A stretch of 64,000 nucleotides of DNA from an uncultured Merdimonas sp. (GCA_944378225.1 CALWGE010000003.1:5455-69454), one strand, 5' to 3'; counted from the stretch's first letter, positions 33,521 to 43,770 are shown. Program-made: numbers and translations. The notes: generated by a model not told the origin, from the letters alone.

Positions 33521-34762
33521 TTGACAGATTTATATGAAAATCAGGACGCAAAGGAAAAGGTCATTTTAATCGGGGTGAGTACCAGGGAAGATGAGGATGT
33601 GGAAGCTTCCCTGGATGAGCTGGAAGAACTGGCAGATACGGCAGGAGCCGAAGTCCTGGGACGTGTGATTCAAAACCGGGAGTCTGTGCATCCCGGTACT
33701 TATATCGGAAAGGGAAAGATAGAAGAAGTACGCTGCCTCGCGCAGGAAACAGGGGCTGACGGAGTCATCTGCGACGATGAACTGACGCCGGCTCAGCTTC
33801 GGGGGCTGGAAGAAAGACTGGAACTGAAGATTATGGATCGGACTCTGGTGATTCTTGACATTTTTGCCAGGCACGCCTCTACCAGCGAAGGAAAACTGCA
33901 GGTGGAGATGGCTCAGCTCAGTTACCGTCTTGCAAGGCTTTCCGGAATGGGAAAGAGTCTTTCCCGTCTTGGAGGAGGAATCGGAACGAGAGGACCGGGA
34001 GAGAAAAAGCTGGAAACAGACCGGAGACTTATCCGAAGCCGCATGGCAAGGCTGCGCCGGGAACTTGGGGAGATGCAGCTTCACCGGGATACAGCGCGGA
34101 AACAGAGAATGGAGCATTCTGTGCCTGTGGCAGCTATTGTAGGGTATACGAATGCAGGAAAATCCACACTGCTGAACTCCCTGACAGGAGCAGGAATCCT
34201 GGCACAGGATCAGCTTTTCGCCACACTGGATCCCACCACCCGGCGTATGACTCTGCCTGGAGGACAGGAACTTCTTCTCACAGATACGGTAGGCTTTATC
34301 CGTAAGCTCCCGCACCATCTGGTAGAAGCTTTTAAAAGCACACTGGAAGAAGCTCGCTATGCAGATTTTATTCTTCATGTGGCAGACAGTTCCAATCCTC
34401 AGATGGAGGTGCAGATGGAAACTGTTTATGAGACCCTTTCGGAACTTGGTGTTACGGGAAAGACGGTAATCACTCTGTTTAACAAGAAGGATTTGACAGA
34501 GGGAGAGGAGATGCCGAAAGATCTGATAGCCAGCAGGACGCTGGCTATCTCTGCAGTTACCGGCGAGGGGCTTGAGGAACTGAAGAATCTTCTGGAAAAG
34601 GTTTTACAGGAAAGCCGCGTGCTGATGGAGAAAGTATATCCGTATGCGCAGGCAGGAGATATCGCCCGCATACGAAAATACGGTCAGGTTGTGGAGGAAG
34701 AATATCGGGAAGACGGGATTTATATCAAAGCATTTCTTCCCCGAACAGAAAAGGATTTGTGA
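33521..34762 (+). CDS. hflX: GTPase HflX
   Basis: 413 aa, TTG start after AAGGAGAA. Motifs 'ILDIFARHA.T.EGKLQVE.AQL.Y', 'GGGIGTRGPGEKKLE.DRR', 'VGYTNAGKSTLLN' and 'DTVGFI'. Confidence 0.9.
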   Translation: MTDLYENQDAKEKVILIGVSTREDEDVEASLDELEELADTAGAEVLGRVIQNRESVHPGTYIGKGKIEEVRCLAQETGADGVICDDELTPAQLRGLEERLELKIMDRTLVILDIFARHASTSEGKLQVEMAQLSYRLARLSGMGKSLSRLGGGIGTRGPGEKKLETDRRLIRSRMARLRRELGEMQLHRDTARKQRMEHSVPVAAIVGYTNAGKSTLLNSLTGAGILAQDQLFATLDPTTRRMTLPGGQELLLTDTVGFIRKLPHHLVEAFKSTLEEARYADFILHVADSSNPQMEVQMETVYETLSELGVTGKTVITLFNKKDLTEGEEMPKDLIASRTLAISAVTGEGLEELKNLLEKVLQESRVLMEKVYPYAQAGDIARIRKYGQVVEEEYREDGIYIKAFLPRTEKDL

Positions 34763-34838
34763 TCTTTTGGTAGCATGAAGCGGGTTCCCGTGTTACAATG
34801 AAAGGAAATTAAGAAAATATTCCAAGGAGGATATCATC

Positions 34839-35765
34839 ATGATAAACAAACTGGTTGCAAAAATTCAGAAGACAAAAGCTCCCATCGTGGTGGGATTGGA
34901 TCCTATGCTTTCCTATATTCCGGAGCATATCCAGAAGAAAGCATTTGAGGAATACGGCGAAACACTGGAAGGAGCTGCAGAGGCTATCTGGCAGTTTAAT
35001 AAGGAAATCGTAGACAAGACCTACGATCTGATTCCGGCTGTTAAGCCGCAGATTGCCATGTATGAGCAGTTTGGAATTGAAGGCCTGAAGGCATATAAAA
35101 AGACCATAGATTACTGCAAGTCCAAGGATCTGGTGGTAATCGGTGATATCAAGCGCGGAGATATCGGATCTACCTCTGCGGCTTACGCGGTAGGCCATCT
35201 GGGAAAGGTTCAGGTGGGAAGCAAGTGTTTTGTACCATTTGACGAGGATTTTGCCACAGTAAATCCGTATCTGGGAAGCGACGGCGTGAAACCGTTTATG
35301 GAGGTATGTCAGGAGGAAGGAAAAGGTATCTTTGTACTCGTAAAAACCTCCAATCCGTCCAGCGGAGAGTTTCAGGATCGTCTGGTAGACGGTCGGCCGC
35401 TCTACGAGCTGGTGGGCGAAAAGGTTGCCCAGTGGGGTGAGGAGCATATGGGAGACAGCTACAGCTATGTGGGCGCTGTAGTCGGCGCCACCTATCCTGA
35501 AATGGGAGCGGTATTGAGAAAACTGATGCCGAAGACCTTTATTCTGGTTCCGGGCTATGGAGCGCAGGGAGGAAAAGGAAAGGATCTCGTAAACTTCTTT
35601 AATGAAGATGGACTGGGGGCTATCGTAAACTCTTCCAGAGGAATTATCGCTGCTTATAAGCAGGAAAAATATGCTTCCTTCGGCGCAGAGAATTTCGGAG
35701 ATGCATCCAGAGCGGCTGTGGAAGACATGGCAGAGGATATCCGTCAGGCGCTGGAAACACGTTAG
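34839..35765 (+). CDS. pyrF: Orotidine-5'-phosphate decarboxylase (long type 2)
   Basis: 308 aa. Motifs 'VGLDP', 'KPQIAMYE' and 'GDIKRGDIGSTS'. Sits in a pyr gene context. Confidence 0.88.
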   Translation: MINKLVAKIQKTKAPIVVGLDPMLSYIPEHIQKKAFEEYGETLEGAAEAIWQFNKEIVDKTYDLIPAVKPQIAMYEQFGIEGLKAYKKTIDYCKSKDLVVIGDIKRGDIGSTSAAYAVGHLGKVQVGSKCFVPFDEDFATVNPYLGSDGVKPFMEVCQEEGKGIFVLVKTSNPSSGEFQDRLVDGRPLYELVGEKVAQWGEEHMGDSYSYVGAVVGATYPEMGAVLRKLMPKTFILVPGYGAQGGKGKDLVNFFNEDGLGAIVNSSRGIIAAYKQEKYASFGAENFGDASRAAVEDMAEDIRQALETR

Positions 35766-35810
35766 ATTCTGTACCGTGGCTATACCAGGGTGAATAAAAA
35801 GGCGCATTCT

Positions 35811-35835
35811 CTTCCGGGAACAGGTTCCCGGGAAG
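35811..35835. repeat. GC-rich palindromic hairpin containing GTTCCCGGGAA (copy 1)
   Basis: CTTCCGGG-AACAGGTT-CCCGGGAAG lies between pyrF and pyrK. The 11-mer GTTCCCGGGAA (35824-35834) recurs at 38326-38336. Confidence 0.6.
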
Positions 35836-35863
35836 ACAGAAAATACGGCTAAAGGAGAGCTTT

Positions 35864-36634
35864 ATGAAATACAGAGAAACAGCTGTGATTCTGGAACAGC
35901 GGGAAATTTCAGAAAATATATACAGCCTGTGGCTGCATGCAGATGATATTGTAAGGGAAGCAAGACCCGGACAGTTTGTGTCCGTTTACTGTCAGGATGA
36001 GAGCCGTCTGCTGCCCCGTCCTATCAGTATCTGCGAACTGGATAAGGAGAGCGGAAGACTGCGTCTGGTGTACCGGGCAGCAGGAGCGGGAACACAGGAA
36101 TTTTCGGGCTATGGTCCCGGAGATACCCTGGAACTGGTGGGCCCTCTGGGAAATGGCTTCCCTCTGGATAAAGGGTATGAAAAGCCGCTTCTTGTTGGCG
36201 GCGGCATTGGAGTGCCTCCCATGGTAGAGCTTGCAAAATGGCTGCCGGGAGAGAAAACAGTAGTATCCGGTTATCGGAACAGCGATCTGTTCCTGAAGGA
36301 GGAACTGTCCAGGAATGCGGTCCTGTATGTTTCCACCGAGGATGGCAGCGCAGGAACAAAAGGAAACGTGCTGGATGCAATTCGGGAAAATCATCTGGAG
36401 ACGGACGCTATTTTTGCATGCGGACCATCTCCCATGCTGAGGGCTCTTAAGGCTTATGCTGCAGAGCAGGGAATTGACTGCTATCTTTCTCTGGAAGAAC
36501 GGATGGCCTGCGGAATCGGAGCCTGTCTGGCCTGTGTCTGCACTTCCAAAGATATAGATGCGCATACCAATGTAAAGAATAAGCGGATCTGCAAGGACGG
36601 TCCTGTCTTTGCGGCAGAGGAGATAGAGTTATGA
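35864..36634 (+). CDS. pyrK: Dihydroorotate dehydrogenase B electron-transfer subunit
   Basis: 256 aa. FAD/NAD-binding fold with a C-terminal 2Fe-2S Cys cluster 'MACGIGACLACVC...C'. Overlaps pyrD. Confidence 0.9.
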   Translation: MKYRETAVILEQREISENIYSLWLHADDIVREARPGQFVSVYCQDESRLLPRPISICELDKESGRLRLVYRAAGAGTQEFSGYGPGDTLELVGPLGNGFPLDKGYEKPLLVGGGIGVPPMVELAKWLPGEKTVVSGYRNSDLFLKEELSRNAVLYVSTEDGSAGTKGNVLDAIRENHLETDAIFACGPSPMLRALKAYAAEQGIDCYLSLEERMACGIGACLACVCTSKDIDAHTNVKNKRICKDGPVFAAEEIEL

Positions 36635-37536
36635 TGAATATGAGTGTGAATCTGGCCGGGGTGGAGTTCAAAAACCCGGTGATGACTGCGTCCGGAACCT
36701 TTGGGTCCAGCGCGGAGTATGGAGAATTCTATGATCTGGGATGCCTGGGAGCTGTTGTAACGAAAGGCGTGGCGAATGTTCCCTGGCCGGGCAATCCGGT
36801 GCCCCGCATTGCAGAGACAAAGAGCGGTATGCTGAATGCCATCGGTCTGCAGAATCCGGGAATTGATGTGTTTATTAAACGGGATCTGCCTCTTCTGAAA
36901 AAATATGATACAAAAATCATTGTGAACGTCTGCGGAAAGACTGTGGAAGATTACTGTGAAGTAGTGGAGCGGCTTTCTGATCAGCCGGTGGATATGCTGG
37001 AGATTAATGTTTCCTGCCCTAATGTAAAGGAAGGAGGCATTGCCTTTGGTCAGAAGCCGGATGCTCTGGAAGCAATCACGAAAGAAGTGAAGCGTCACGC
37101 AAAGCAGCCTGTTATTATGAAGCTGAGCCCCAATGTTACTGATATTACGGAGATGGCCCGGGCTGCCGAGGCCGGCGGTGCAGATGTACTTTCTCTGATC
37201 AATACGATCACAGGCATGAAAATCGATATTCACAGAAGAACCTTTGCGATTGCCAACAAAACGGGGGGTATGTCAGGACCTGCAGTAAAGCCGGTGGCTG
37301 TGCGTATGGTTTATCAGGTGGCGCACGCCGTATCTCTCCCCATTATTGGAATGGGCGGAATCATGAACGGTGACGATGCCATGGAATTTATCCTGGCAGG
37401 AGCTTCTGCCGTATCTGTGGGAACGGCGAATTTTGCCAATCCTTTTGCTGCAAAAGAAACGGCAGAGGGAATCCGTGCTTATATGGAAAAGTATCAGGTG
37501 GAAGATATCCGGGATCTGATCGGGGCTGTAGAGTGA
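36631..37536 (+). CDS. pyrD: Dihydroorotate dehydrogenase 1B catalytic subunit
   Basis: 301 aa. Motifs 'ASGTFG', 'GAVVTKG', 'NAIGLQNPG', 'NVSCPNVK' and 'GGMSGPAVKPVA'. Confidence 0.92.
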   Translation: MMNMSVNLAGVEFKNPVMTASGTFGSSAEYGEFYDLGCLGAVVTKGVANVPWPGNPVPRIAETKSGMLNAIGLQNPGIDVFIKRDLPLLKKYDTKIIVNVCGKTVEDYCEVVERLSDQPVDMLEINVSCPNVKEGGIAFGQKPDALEAITKEVKRHAKQPVIMKLSPNVTDITEMARAAEAGGADVLSLINTITGMKIDIHRRTFAIANKTGGMSGPAVKPVAVRMVYQVAHAVSLPIIGMGGIMNGDDAMEFILAGASAVSVGTANFANPFAAKETAEGIRAYMEKYQVEDIRDLIGAVE

Positions 37537-37640
37537 GACGAGGCTTCAGCCACAGGCTGGCGCTGTCTCCTTACATTGAAAAAACAGGAAACCTGTGTTA
37601 GAATTGGAAAGAAGAACGAAAAGCAGGAGGACAGACAGAG

Positions 37641-38321
37641 ATGGAACAGTATAAGCAGGAATTTATTGAATTTATGATAGACTGTCAGGCACTGAAATTT
37701 GGTGAATTTACATTAAAAAGCGGAAGAAAATCTCCGTTTTTCATGAATGCCGGAGCGTATGTGACCGGGTCTCAGCTGAAAAAGCTGGGAGAGTACTATG
37801 CAAAAGCTATACATAACACATATGGTGATGATTTTGATGTGCTGTTTGGACCGGCTTACAAAGGAATTCCTATCAGTGTGGTAACTGCAGTGGCTTACAG
37901 CGAGCTGTACGGAAAAGAAGTCCGCTACTGCTCTGACAGGAAGGAAGAGAAGGATCACGGTGCAGACAAGGGCAGCTTTCTCGGAAGCAGCTTAAAGGAC
38001 GGAGATCGTGTCATCATGATTGAGGATGTAACCACGTCCGGAAAATCCATGGAAGAGACAGTGCCCAAGGTAAAGGGCGCTGCTGATGTGGAGATTAAAG
38101 GTCTGATGGTATCCCTGAATCGCATGGAAGTAGGAAAGGGCGGAGTCAAAAGCGCTCTGGAGGAAATCAAGGAATTCTATGGCTTTGATGCAAACGCCAT
38201 TGTGACTATGGCAGATGTGGTGGAATATCTTCACAAGCGCCCCTATCAGGGAAAAGTTATCATTGATGACGCATTAAAGGCTGCGATTGACGCATACTAC
38301 GAACAATACGGAGTGAAATAA
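37641..38321 (+). CDS. pyrE: Orotate phosphoribosyltransferase
   Basis: 226 aa. 'FGEFTLKSGR.SP.F' and the PRPP loop 'VIMIEDVTTSGKS'. Confidence 0.9.
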   Translation: MEQYKQEFIEFMIDCQALKFGEFTLKSGRKSPFFMNAGAYVTGSQLKKLGEYYAKAIHNTYGDDFDVLFGPAYKGIPISVVTAVAYSELYGKEVRYCSDRKEEKDHGADKGSFLGSSLKDGDRVIMIEDVTTSGKSMEETVPKVKGAADVEIKGLMVSLNRMEVGKGGVKSALEEIKEFYGFDANAIVTMADVVEYLHKRPYQGKVIIDDALKAAIDAYYEQYGVK

Positions 38322-38326
38322 TTTTG

Positions 38327-38356
38327 TTCCCGGGAAAGGCACCGCCCTCCCGGGAA
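38327..38356. repeat. Palindromic hairpin containing GTTCCCGGGAA (copy 2); possible weak terminator after pyrE
   Basis: TTCCCGGGA (38327-38335) pairs with TCCCGGGAA (38348-38356) across a 12-nt loop. No T-run follows. Confidence 0.5.
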
Positions 38357-38379
38357 TAAAAGAAAAGAGAGCAGGAGGT

Positions 38380-38538
38380 ATGCAGATGAGCGAGAGGGCA
38401 TACAAGACGATGACAAGTACAGGAGCCGGCAGGCTGGTGCTGGGAATTATTCTTCTGGTGACAGGTTTTGCAGCGGGACTTCTGATGGTGATTAATGGAG
38501 CCAGGCTTCTGAAGTCCAGATCTGATCTGATATTTTAG
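38380..38538 (+). CDS. Small (52 aa) single-TM protein, below the cutoff of the ORF track
   Basis: ATG 38380 lies 1-2 nt after GCAGGAGG. Translation: 'MQMSERAYKTMTSTGAGRLVLGIILLVTGFAAGLLMVINGARLLKSRSDLIF*'. Confidence 0.4.
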   Translation: MQMSERAYKTMTSTGAGRLVLGIILLVTGFAAGLLMVINGARLLKSRSDLIF

Positions 38539-38555
38539 GGCAAAGGCAGGGCAGA

Positions 38556-39029
38556 ATGAGCAGAAATTCCATAAAGAAACTGAAGGCGGGGGGACGAGTG
38601 CTTCTGGTCCTTTATCTGGCGTGCCTGATTTACTTCATGTTTTTCTCGGAAAGCTATGGAAGAACCGAAGTTCATGCAGAATACAGATATAATCTGGTGC
38701 TTTTTCAGGAGATACGCCGTTTTCTGAAGTATCGGGATATTCTTGGCATGCCGTCAGTCTTGATCAACGTAGCAGGCAATGTGATAGTTTTTATTCCTTA
38801 TGGCTGTGGATTGCCGCTGCTGTTTGAACGTCTCCAGAATTTTTTCAGGGTTGCGGTTTTGTCTTTCGGGGCCAGTCTGCTGGCTGAGACCATGCAGCTG
38901 ATTCTCAAAGTGGGCTGCTTTGATGTAGACGATCTGCTGCTGAACACTGTCGGCGGATGCATCGGGTATTTTATGTTCCTGTGGATTCGGCGATACTGGA
39001 GGAATCGATATGGCAAGAAGAAATTATAA
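38556..39029 (+). CDS. VanZ-family membrane protein
   Basis: 157 aa. 'NVAGNVIVFIPYGCGLP' and 'DVDDLLLNTVGGCIGY' are typical VanZ blocks. Confidence 0.75.
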   Translation: MSRNSIKKLKAGGRVLLVLYLACLIYFMFFSESYGRTEVHAEYRYNLVLFQEIRRFLKYRDILGMPSVLINVAGNVIVFIPYGCGLPLLFERLQNFFRVAVLSFGASLLAETMQLILKVGCFDVDDLLLNTVGGCIGYFMFLWIRRYWRNRYGKKKL

Positions 39030-39321
39030 ATTTACAGATAAAAAGCATACCAGACAGGGGATTATGTCCCTGGCGCTTGGTGCGGCAGCCCTGATCCTGA
39101 CTGCGGTATCCCTGTCTATGGCTTACCGTCTTTCCGGCGGAGCGGGAAGCGCTGTAGGATTGATGGGGATTCTGGCACTGCTGTGCAGTATCACAGGTTT
39201 TGTTCTGGCAGTCAGAGGATTTCAGGAAGATGATGTTTATTATATTTCGTCCCAGACAGGTGCACTTCTGAATGGCGTTCTGTTTATCGGCTGGGCGATA
39301 GTAGGTATCATAGGAATGTAG
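39010..39321 (+). CDS. Small membrane protein (3 TM), unknown function
   Basis: 103 aa. Begins 'MARRNYKFTDKKHTRQG', then three hydrophobic helices. Overlaps the VanZ stop. Confidence 0.55.
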   Translation: MARRNYKFTDKKHTRQGIMSLALGAAALILTAVSLSMAYRLSGGAGSAVGLMGILALLCSITGFVLAVRGFQEDDVYYISSQTGALLNGVLFIGWAIVGIIGM

Positions 39322-39332
39322 GAGGCATAAGG

Positions 39333-41423
39333 ATGGGGGTTGAGACAGACTGCATGGAAGAGACAGAAGAAATTCAGGAGCGGTACGGACTCGCATCGGA
39401 GCGAATACGGGCGATGAAGGAGGAGACGGCGGTGTCGGCTCCTTTTTATGAATATTTTCAGAGAACAGCAGACTTTATTCTGGAAGCCCAGCGTCTGGCG
39501 GAGGATGTGCGTCAGGGACGGCAGAAGGAGATGACGCTTGCAGAGCTTCAGGCACAGAACCAGAGGCTTTATGCGGATGTTGCGGGAGATGCTTATGAAG
39601 AAAGCTTTGCAAATCCAGCATTTGCAGTCCGAATGCTGGGAAATGAATACGGACAGATGCTTAGCTTCCTTTATACAGAGATCAGAGGAATGACAGCCTG
39701 GGCCGCAGAACAGCGGTACGAGGATATGACAATAGCATCTGAACTGTTTCTTGAGGTATATAATGCCTTTGAAGTAGAGGAGATTCCCTCGGCAAAAAGT
39801 CTGCGACAGATTATTTACTGGTATATCAGTGATTACTGTGAAATATTTATTCCACAGAGAGTTCGGGAACAGCTGGATCCTTCTCTTACTTTCGCGAAAG
39901 ACATTATCTGTGGGTCGGATCTTTCAGATCCCCGGTATCTGTACAGGTTCGGGGAATATATTACAGAAAACGAGCTTGGCACAAGCCGGTTTCTGGCAGA
40001 GCTTCCCCAGCGGGAAATTGAAGCGATGGCCTCTACTTTTACAGAGGGATATCGGATTGGATTTGTAAATGCGGGAATTGATCTCAGTAAAAAAAAGACG
40101 GTAAATATCCGTTGGTCTCTGGGATTTGAGAGGGTAGTCCGCGAAGCGATTGCCCAGTTTGAACGGATGGGGCTTCAGAGCATTCTTTATCGGGAAGCCC
40201 GCCATAGTCTGAACCGCAGACCTCAGGGGAATCCCGGATATGGAAGCACGCCGCCCAGCAAACAGTTTGTATTTGATCATAAGGAAGATTCCGCATTGTG
40301 GATGGATAAAAATCTGGTTGAGCGGCGTCTCTCAGTTCTTCATGGAGCCTATGAGCAGTATAAGGAGCTGGCGGCTGTTCATGCGGGGCCTGCCGTGATG
40401 GAGATATTCGGAGAGAAACCATTCCTTCCGGAGAACTGCAAAGAGGCTCTGAAACTGGATGAAAAGCAGAGAGAGCTGAGTGTCTTCTATAACAGCGAAG
40501 CAGGACAGCTGGTAAACCGCTATATTCCAGGGGACGAGCGGAGCTTTACGATTATAGCCTGGCCAATCCCGGAGATTGGCGAAAATTTCAGAGAGATTTT
40601 TGCTGAGACTGTAAAAATCAACAATCTGGATTATCATCTGTATCAGGGAATTCAGCAGAAACTGATTGATGCTCTGGATCAGGGAGAATATGTACAGATT
40701 CTGGGAGCAGGTTCCAATCGGACAGATATGCGGGTACAGCTCTGGCAGCCTGAAGATCCGGAAAAGGAGACAAGCTTCGAAAACTGCGTGGCAGATGTGA
40801 ACATTCCTGTGGGCGAAGTGTTTACTTCTCCCCGGCTTACAGGTACGAATGGTACTCTGCATGTAAGCGAGGTATATCTGAATGATCTGAAGTACCTGGA
40901 TCTGGAACTGACCTTCCGTGACGGAAAAATTGAAGATTTTTCCTGCAGGAATTTCGATGATCCTGAGGAAAACAGGAAATTCATCAAAAACAACGTGCTT
41001 TTCAACCATGATACGCTGCCGCTGGGAGAATTTGCTGTAGGAACAAATACTACGGCATATATGATGGCAAAAAAATATGATATCGGATCCAAGCTTCCTA
41101 TTCTGATTGCAGAGAAGATGGGTCCCCATTTTGCTGTAGGGGATACCTGTTATTCCTGGTCAGAAGACAGTATCACTTATAATCCGGACGGAAAGAAAAT
41201 CACTGCAAAGGATAATGAATGTTCTCTGCTCAGAAAGACTGATATTTCAAAAGCATATTTTAACTGCCATACGGATATTACGATTCCTTATGATGAACTG
41301 GACAGCATTACAGTGGTCCGGCCTGACGGAAGCAGGATTCCTCTGATTGAGAAAGGACGTTTTGTGCTTCCGGGAACAGAAGAACTGAATCGGCCTTTTG
41401 AGAAAGATGCCGATGTGGGCTGA
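39333..41423 (+). CDS. M29 (aminopeptidase T/PepS)-like aminopeptidase with a long N-terminal extension
   Basis: 696 aa, AGGAGG 8 nt upstream. C-terminal blocks 'NIPVGEVFTSP', 'LGEFAVGTN' and 'GPHFAVGD' resemble thermophilic metalloprotease M29. Confidence 0.6.
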   Translation: MGVETDCMEETEEIQERYGLASERIRAMKEETAVSAPFYEYFQRTADFILEAQRLAEDVRQGRQKEMTLAELQAQNQRLYADVAGDAYEESFANPAFAVRMLGNEYGQMLSFLYTEIRGMTAWAAEQRYEDMTIASELFLEVYNAFEVEEIPSAKSLRQIIYWYISDYCEIFIPQRVREQLDPSLTFAKDIICGSDLSDPRYLYRFGEYITENELGTSRFLAELPQREIEAMASTFTEGYRIGFVNAGIDLSKKKTVNIRWSLGFERVVREAIAQFERMGLQSILYREARHSLNRRPQGNPGYGSTPPSKQFVFDHKEDSALWMDKNLVERRLSVLHGAYEQYKELAAVHAGPAVMEIFGEKPFLPENCKEALKLDEKQRELSVFYNSEAGQLVNRYIPGDERSFTIIAWPIPEIGENFREIFAETVKINNLDYHLYQGIQQKLIDALDQGEYVQILGAGSNRTDMRVQLWQPEDPEKETSFENCVADVNIPVGEVFTSPRLTGTNGTLHVSEVYLNDLKYLDLELTFRDGKIEDFSCRNFDDPEENRKFIKNNVLFNHDTLPLGEFAVGTNTTAYMMAKKYDIGSKLPILIAEKMGPHFAVGDTCYSWSEDSITYNPDGKKITAKDNECSLLRKTDISKAYFNCHTDITIPYDELDSITVVRPDGSRIPLIEKGRFVLPGTEELNRPFEKDADVG

Positions 41424-41459
41424 AAAAGAAGAAATATGAATATCCATGCACTTTACGGG

Positions 41460-41488
41460 TTGACAGACAGAACTTTGGACTGTAAACT
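41460..41488 (+). promoter_or_regulatory. Candidate sigma-A promoter of the pur cluster (TTGACA-N17-TAAACT)
   Basis: TTGACA at 41460-41465, a 17-nt spacer, then TAAACT at 41483-41488. Lies ~90 nt upstream of purE. Confidence 0.35.
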
Positions 41489-41576
41489 CATTTATAAGCA
41501 CAGACATAAAAAATAAGGCTAGTTATAAGAAAAACTAATAAATATTAATCAATTACAAATGACAGGGAGGTACTCT

Positions 41577-42077
41577 ATGGCTAAGGTAGGTATTGTAATG
41601 GGCAGCGATTCGGATATGCCTGTGATGAAGAAGGCAGCTGAGGTGCTGGAGCAGCTGGGAGTGGATTTTGAGATGACTATCATTTCTGCTCACAGAGAGC
41701 CGGATGTATTTTTCGAGTATGCGAAAAGTGCAGAGAGTAAAGGATTTAAGGTAATCATTGCCGGAGCAGGTATGGCGGCCCATCTGCCTGGTATGTGTGC
41801 AGCAATCTTTCCGATGCCGGTTATCGGTATTCCGATGCATACCACATCTCTGGGAGGAAGGGATTCCCTGTACTCCATTGTACAGATGCCTTCCGGTATT
41901 CCGGTAGCGACAGTAGCTATAAACGGCGGAGTGAATGCTGGACTGCTGGCTGCCAAGATTCTGGCAACTTCTGATCCGGAGCTTCTGGCACGGCTGAAAT
42001 CCTATGCCGAGGGGCTGAAGGAGCAGGTGGAAAAGAAGGCAGAGCGTCTTGCAGAGGTAGGCTATCAGAACTACTAA
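41577..42077 (+). CDS. purE: N5-carboxyaminoimidazole ribonucleotide mutase
   Basis: ATG 41577 lies 6 nt after GGGAGG (the ORF track starts at 41559). Motifs '[10 protein letters not shown]', 'SAHR.P' and '[13 protein letters not shown]'. Confidence 0.9.
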   Translation: MAKVGIVMGSDSDMPVMKKAAEVLEQLGVDFEMTIISAHREPDVFFEYAKSAESKGFKVIIAGAGMAAHLPGMCAAIFPMPVIGIPMHTTSLGGRDSLYSIVQMPSGIPVATVAINGGVNAGLLAAKILATSDPELLARLKSYAEGLKEQVEKKAERLAEVGYQNY

Positions 42078-42105
42078 AAGGATAATCAGGGAGGGAAATA
42101 ACAGG

Positions 42106-43131
42106 ATGGATTATAAGAATGCTGGTGTAGATATTGAGGCCGGTTACCGGTCAGTAGAACTGATGAAGGAACACGTAAAGAGAACCATGCGTCCGGAAGT
42201 ACTTACAGGTCTGGGCGGATTTTCCGGAGCCTTTTCTATGGAAGCATACAAAAACATGGAGAAGCCGACGCTGGTATCCGGTACAGATGGCGTGGGAACA
42301 AAGCTGAAACTGGCGTTTCTGATGAATAAGCACGATACCGTAGGAATTGACTGTGTGGCTATGTGCGTCAATGACATTGCCTGCGCAGGAGGAGAGCCTC
42401 TGTTTTTCCTGGACTATATTGCCTGCGGAAGAAATATTCCGGAGCGGATTGCGACTATCGTAAGCGGTGTGGCAGAAGGCTGCCGTCAGGCAGGAGCAGC
42501 CCTGATTGGCGGTGAAACGGCAGAGATGCCAGGATTTTATCCGGTAGACGAATACGATCTGGCAGGTTTTGCAGTGGGAATTGTGGATCAGAAAAATCTG
42601 ATCACGGGTGCAGACATTAAAGCAGGAGATGTACTGGTAGGTATGGCCTCCTCCGGTGTGCACAGTAACGGATTCTCTCTGGTGCGCAAAGTGTTTACCA
42701 TGAAAGAGGAATACCTGAATACATATTTTGAAAGTCTGGGAAGAACTCTGGGAGAGGCCTTGATTGAGCCTACAAAGATTTATGTGAAGGCTCTTCAGAC
42801 AGTGAAAAACGCCGGTGTAAATATTAAGGGCTGCAGCCATATCACAGGCGGAGGCTTCTATGAAAATATTCCGCGTATGCTGCCGGACGGCATGCGTGCG
42901 GTTATTAAGAAAGACAGCTATGAAGTGCCCATGATATTCCGGATGCTGAAGGAAGACGGACGTATCGAGGAGCAGATGATGTATAACACGTTTAACATGG
43001 GAATCGGTATGGTCCTGGCTGTGGATCCCTCTCAGGCAGATGCCTGCGTGGCAGCCATTCGGGAGTCCGGCGAAACACCGTATATTCTGGGAGAAGTCCA
43101 GGCCGGTGAAAAGGGAGTGACATTATGCTGA
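42106..43131 (+). CDS. purM: Phosphoribosylformylglycinamidine cyclo-ligase (AIR synthetase)
   Basis: 341 aa. Motifs 'YKNAGVDI', '[10 protein letters not shown]', '[12 protein letters not shown]' and 'GGETAEMPG'. Confidence 0.92.
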   Translation: MDYKNAGVDIEAGYRSVELMKEHVKRTMRPEVLTGLGGFSGAFSMEAYKNMEKPTLVSGTDGVGTKLKLAFLMNKHDTVGIDCVAMCVNDIACAGGEPLFFLDYIACGRNIPERIATIVSGVAEGCRQAGAALIGGETAEMPGFYPVDEYDLAGFAVGIVDQKNLITGADIKAGDVLVGMASSGVHSNGFSLVRKVFTMKEEYLNTYFESLGRTLGEALIEPTKIYVKALQTVKNAGVNIKGCSHITGGGFYENIPRMLPDGMRAVIKKDSYEVPMIFRMLKEDGRIEEQMMYNTFNMGIGMVLAVDPSQADACVAAIRESGETPYILGEVQAGEKGVTLC

Positions 43132-43721
43132 AAGTAGCAGTTCTCGTATCCGGCGGAGGAACAAATCTGCAGGCAATTCTGGATGCCGCGGAAACCGGAC
43201 GCGTCCGAAATGCGGAGATTGTGGCAGTGATCAGCAATAATCCGTCAGCATTTGCTCTGGAAAGAGCGAAGAAGCATGGAATACCTGCTGTATGCGTATC
43301 CAGAAAGGAATGCGGCACAAAGGAGGCGTTTGACCAGGCTCTTCTGGAAGCTATCAGGGAGAGCGGAGCGGATCTTGTGGTTCTGGCAGGATGTCTGGTG
43401 GTAATTCCCGAGAGTATTATACAGGAGTACAGGGGACGAATTATCAATATTCATCCTTCCCTCATCCCTTCTTTCTGTGGAACCGGATACTATGGTCTGA
43501 AGGTTCACGAGGCTGCGCTGGCCCGGGGTGTGAAAGTTACAGGGGCTACAGTGCATTTTGTAGACGAAGGGACGGATACAGGACCGATACTGCTGCAGAA
43601 AGCTGTAGAGGTAAAGGAAGGCGATACGCCTGAGATTCTGCAGAGACGCGTGATGGAAGAAGCAGAGTGGATTCTGCTTCCCAAAGCTATCGATATGCTG
43701 GCAAATAAGGAAAATCAGTAA
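43125..43721 (+). CDS. purN: Phosphoribosylglycinamide formyltransferase
   Basis: 198 aa. Motifs '[13 protein letters not shown]', 'INIHPSLIP', '[16 protein letters not shown]' and others. Confidence 0.9.
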   Translation: MLKVAVLVSGGGTNLQAILDAAETGRVRNAEIVAVISNNPSAFALERAKKHGIPAVCVSRKECGTKEAFDQALLEAIRESGADLVVLAGCLVVIPESIIQEYRGRIINIHPSLIPSFCGTGYYGLKVHEAALARGVKVTGATVHFVDEGTDTGPILLQKAVEVKEGDTPEILQRRVMEEAEWILLPKAIDMLANKENQ

Positions 43722-43770
43722 ACATACAGAGAACAGGAAGAAACAGGAAACAGTACGGGGAGGTACGGCT

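Noticed and set aside
34809-35807. 332-aa - strand ORF covering pyrF.
   Set aside because: It is antisense to a well-supported pyrF. This is a shadow ORF.
41424-41576. Looked for a purine (guanine/adenine) riboswitch or PurR box upstream of purE.
   Set aside because: I could find no 'UAUAAU...GGAUAUGG...CUACCGGG...' aptamer-like sequence or convincing three-way junction. There is only an AT-rich leader with a plausible promoter.
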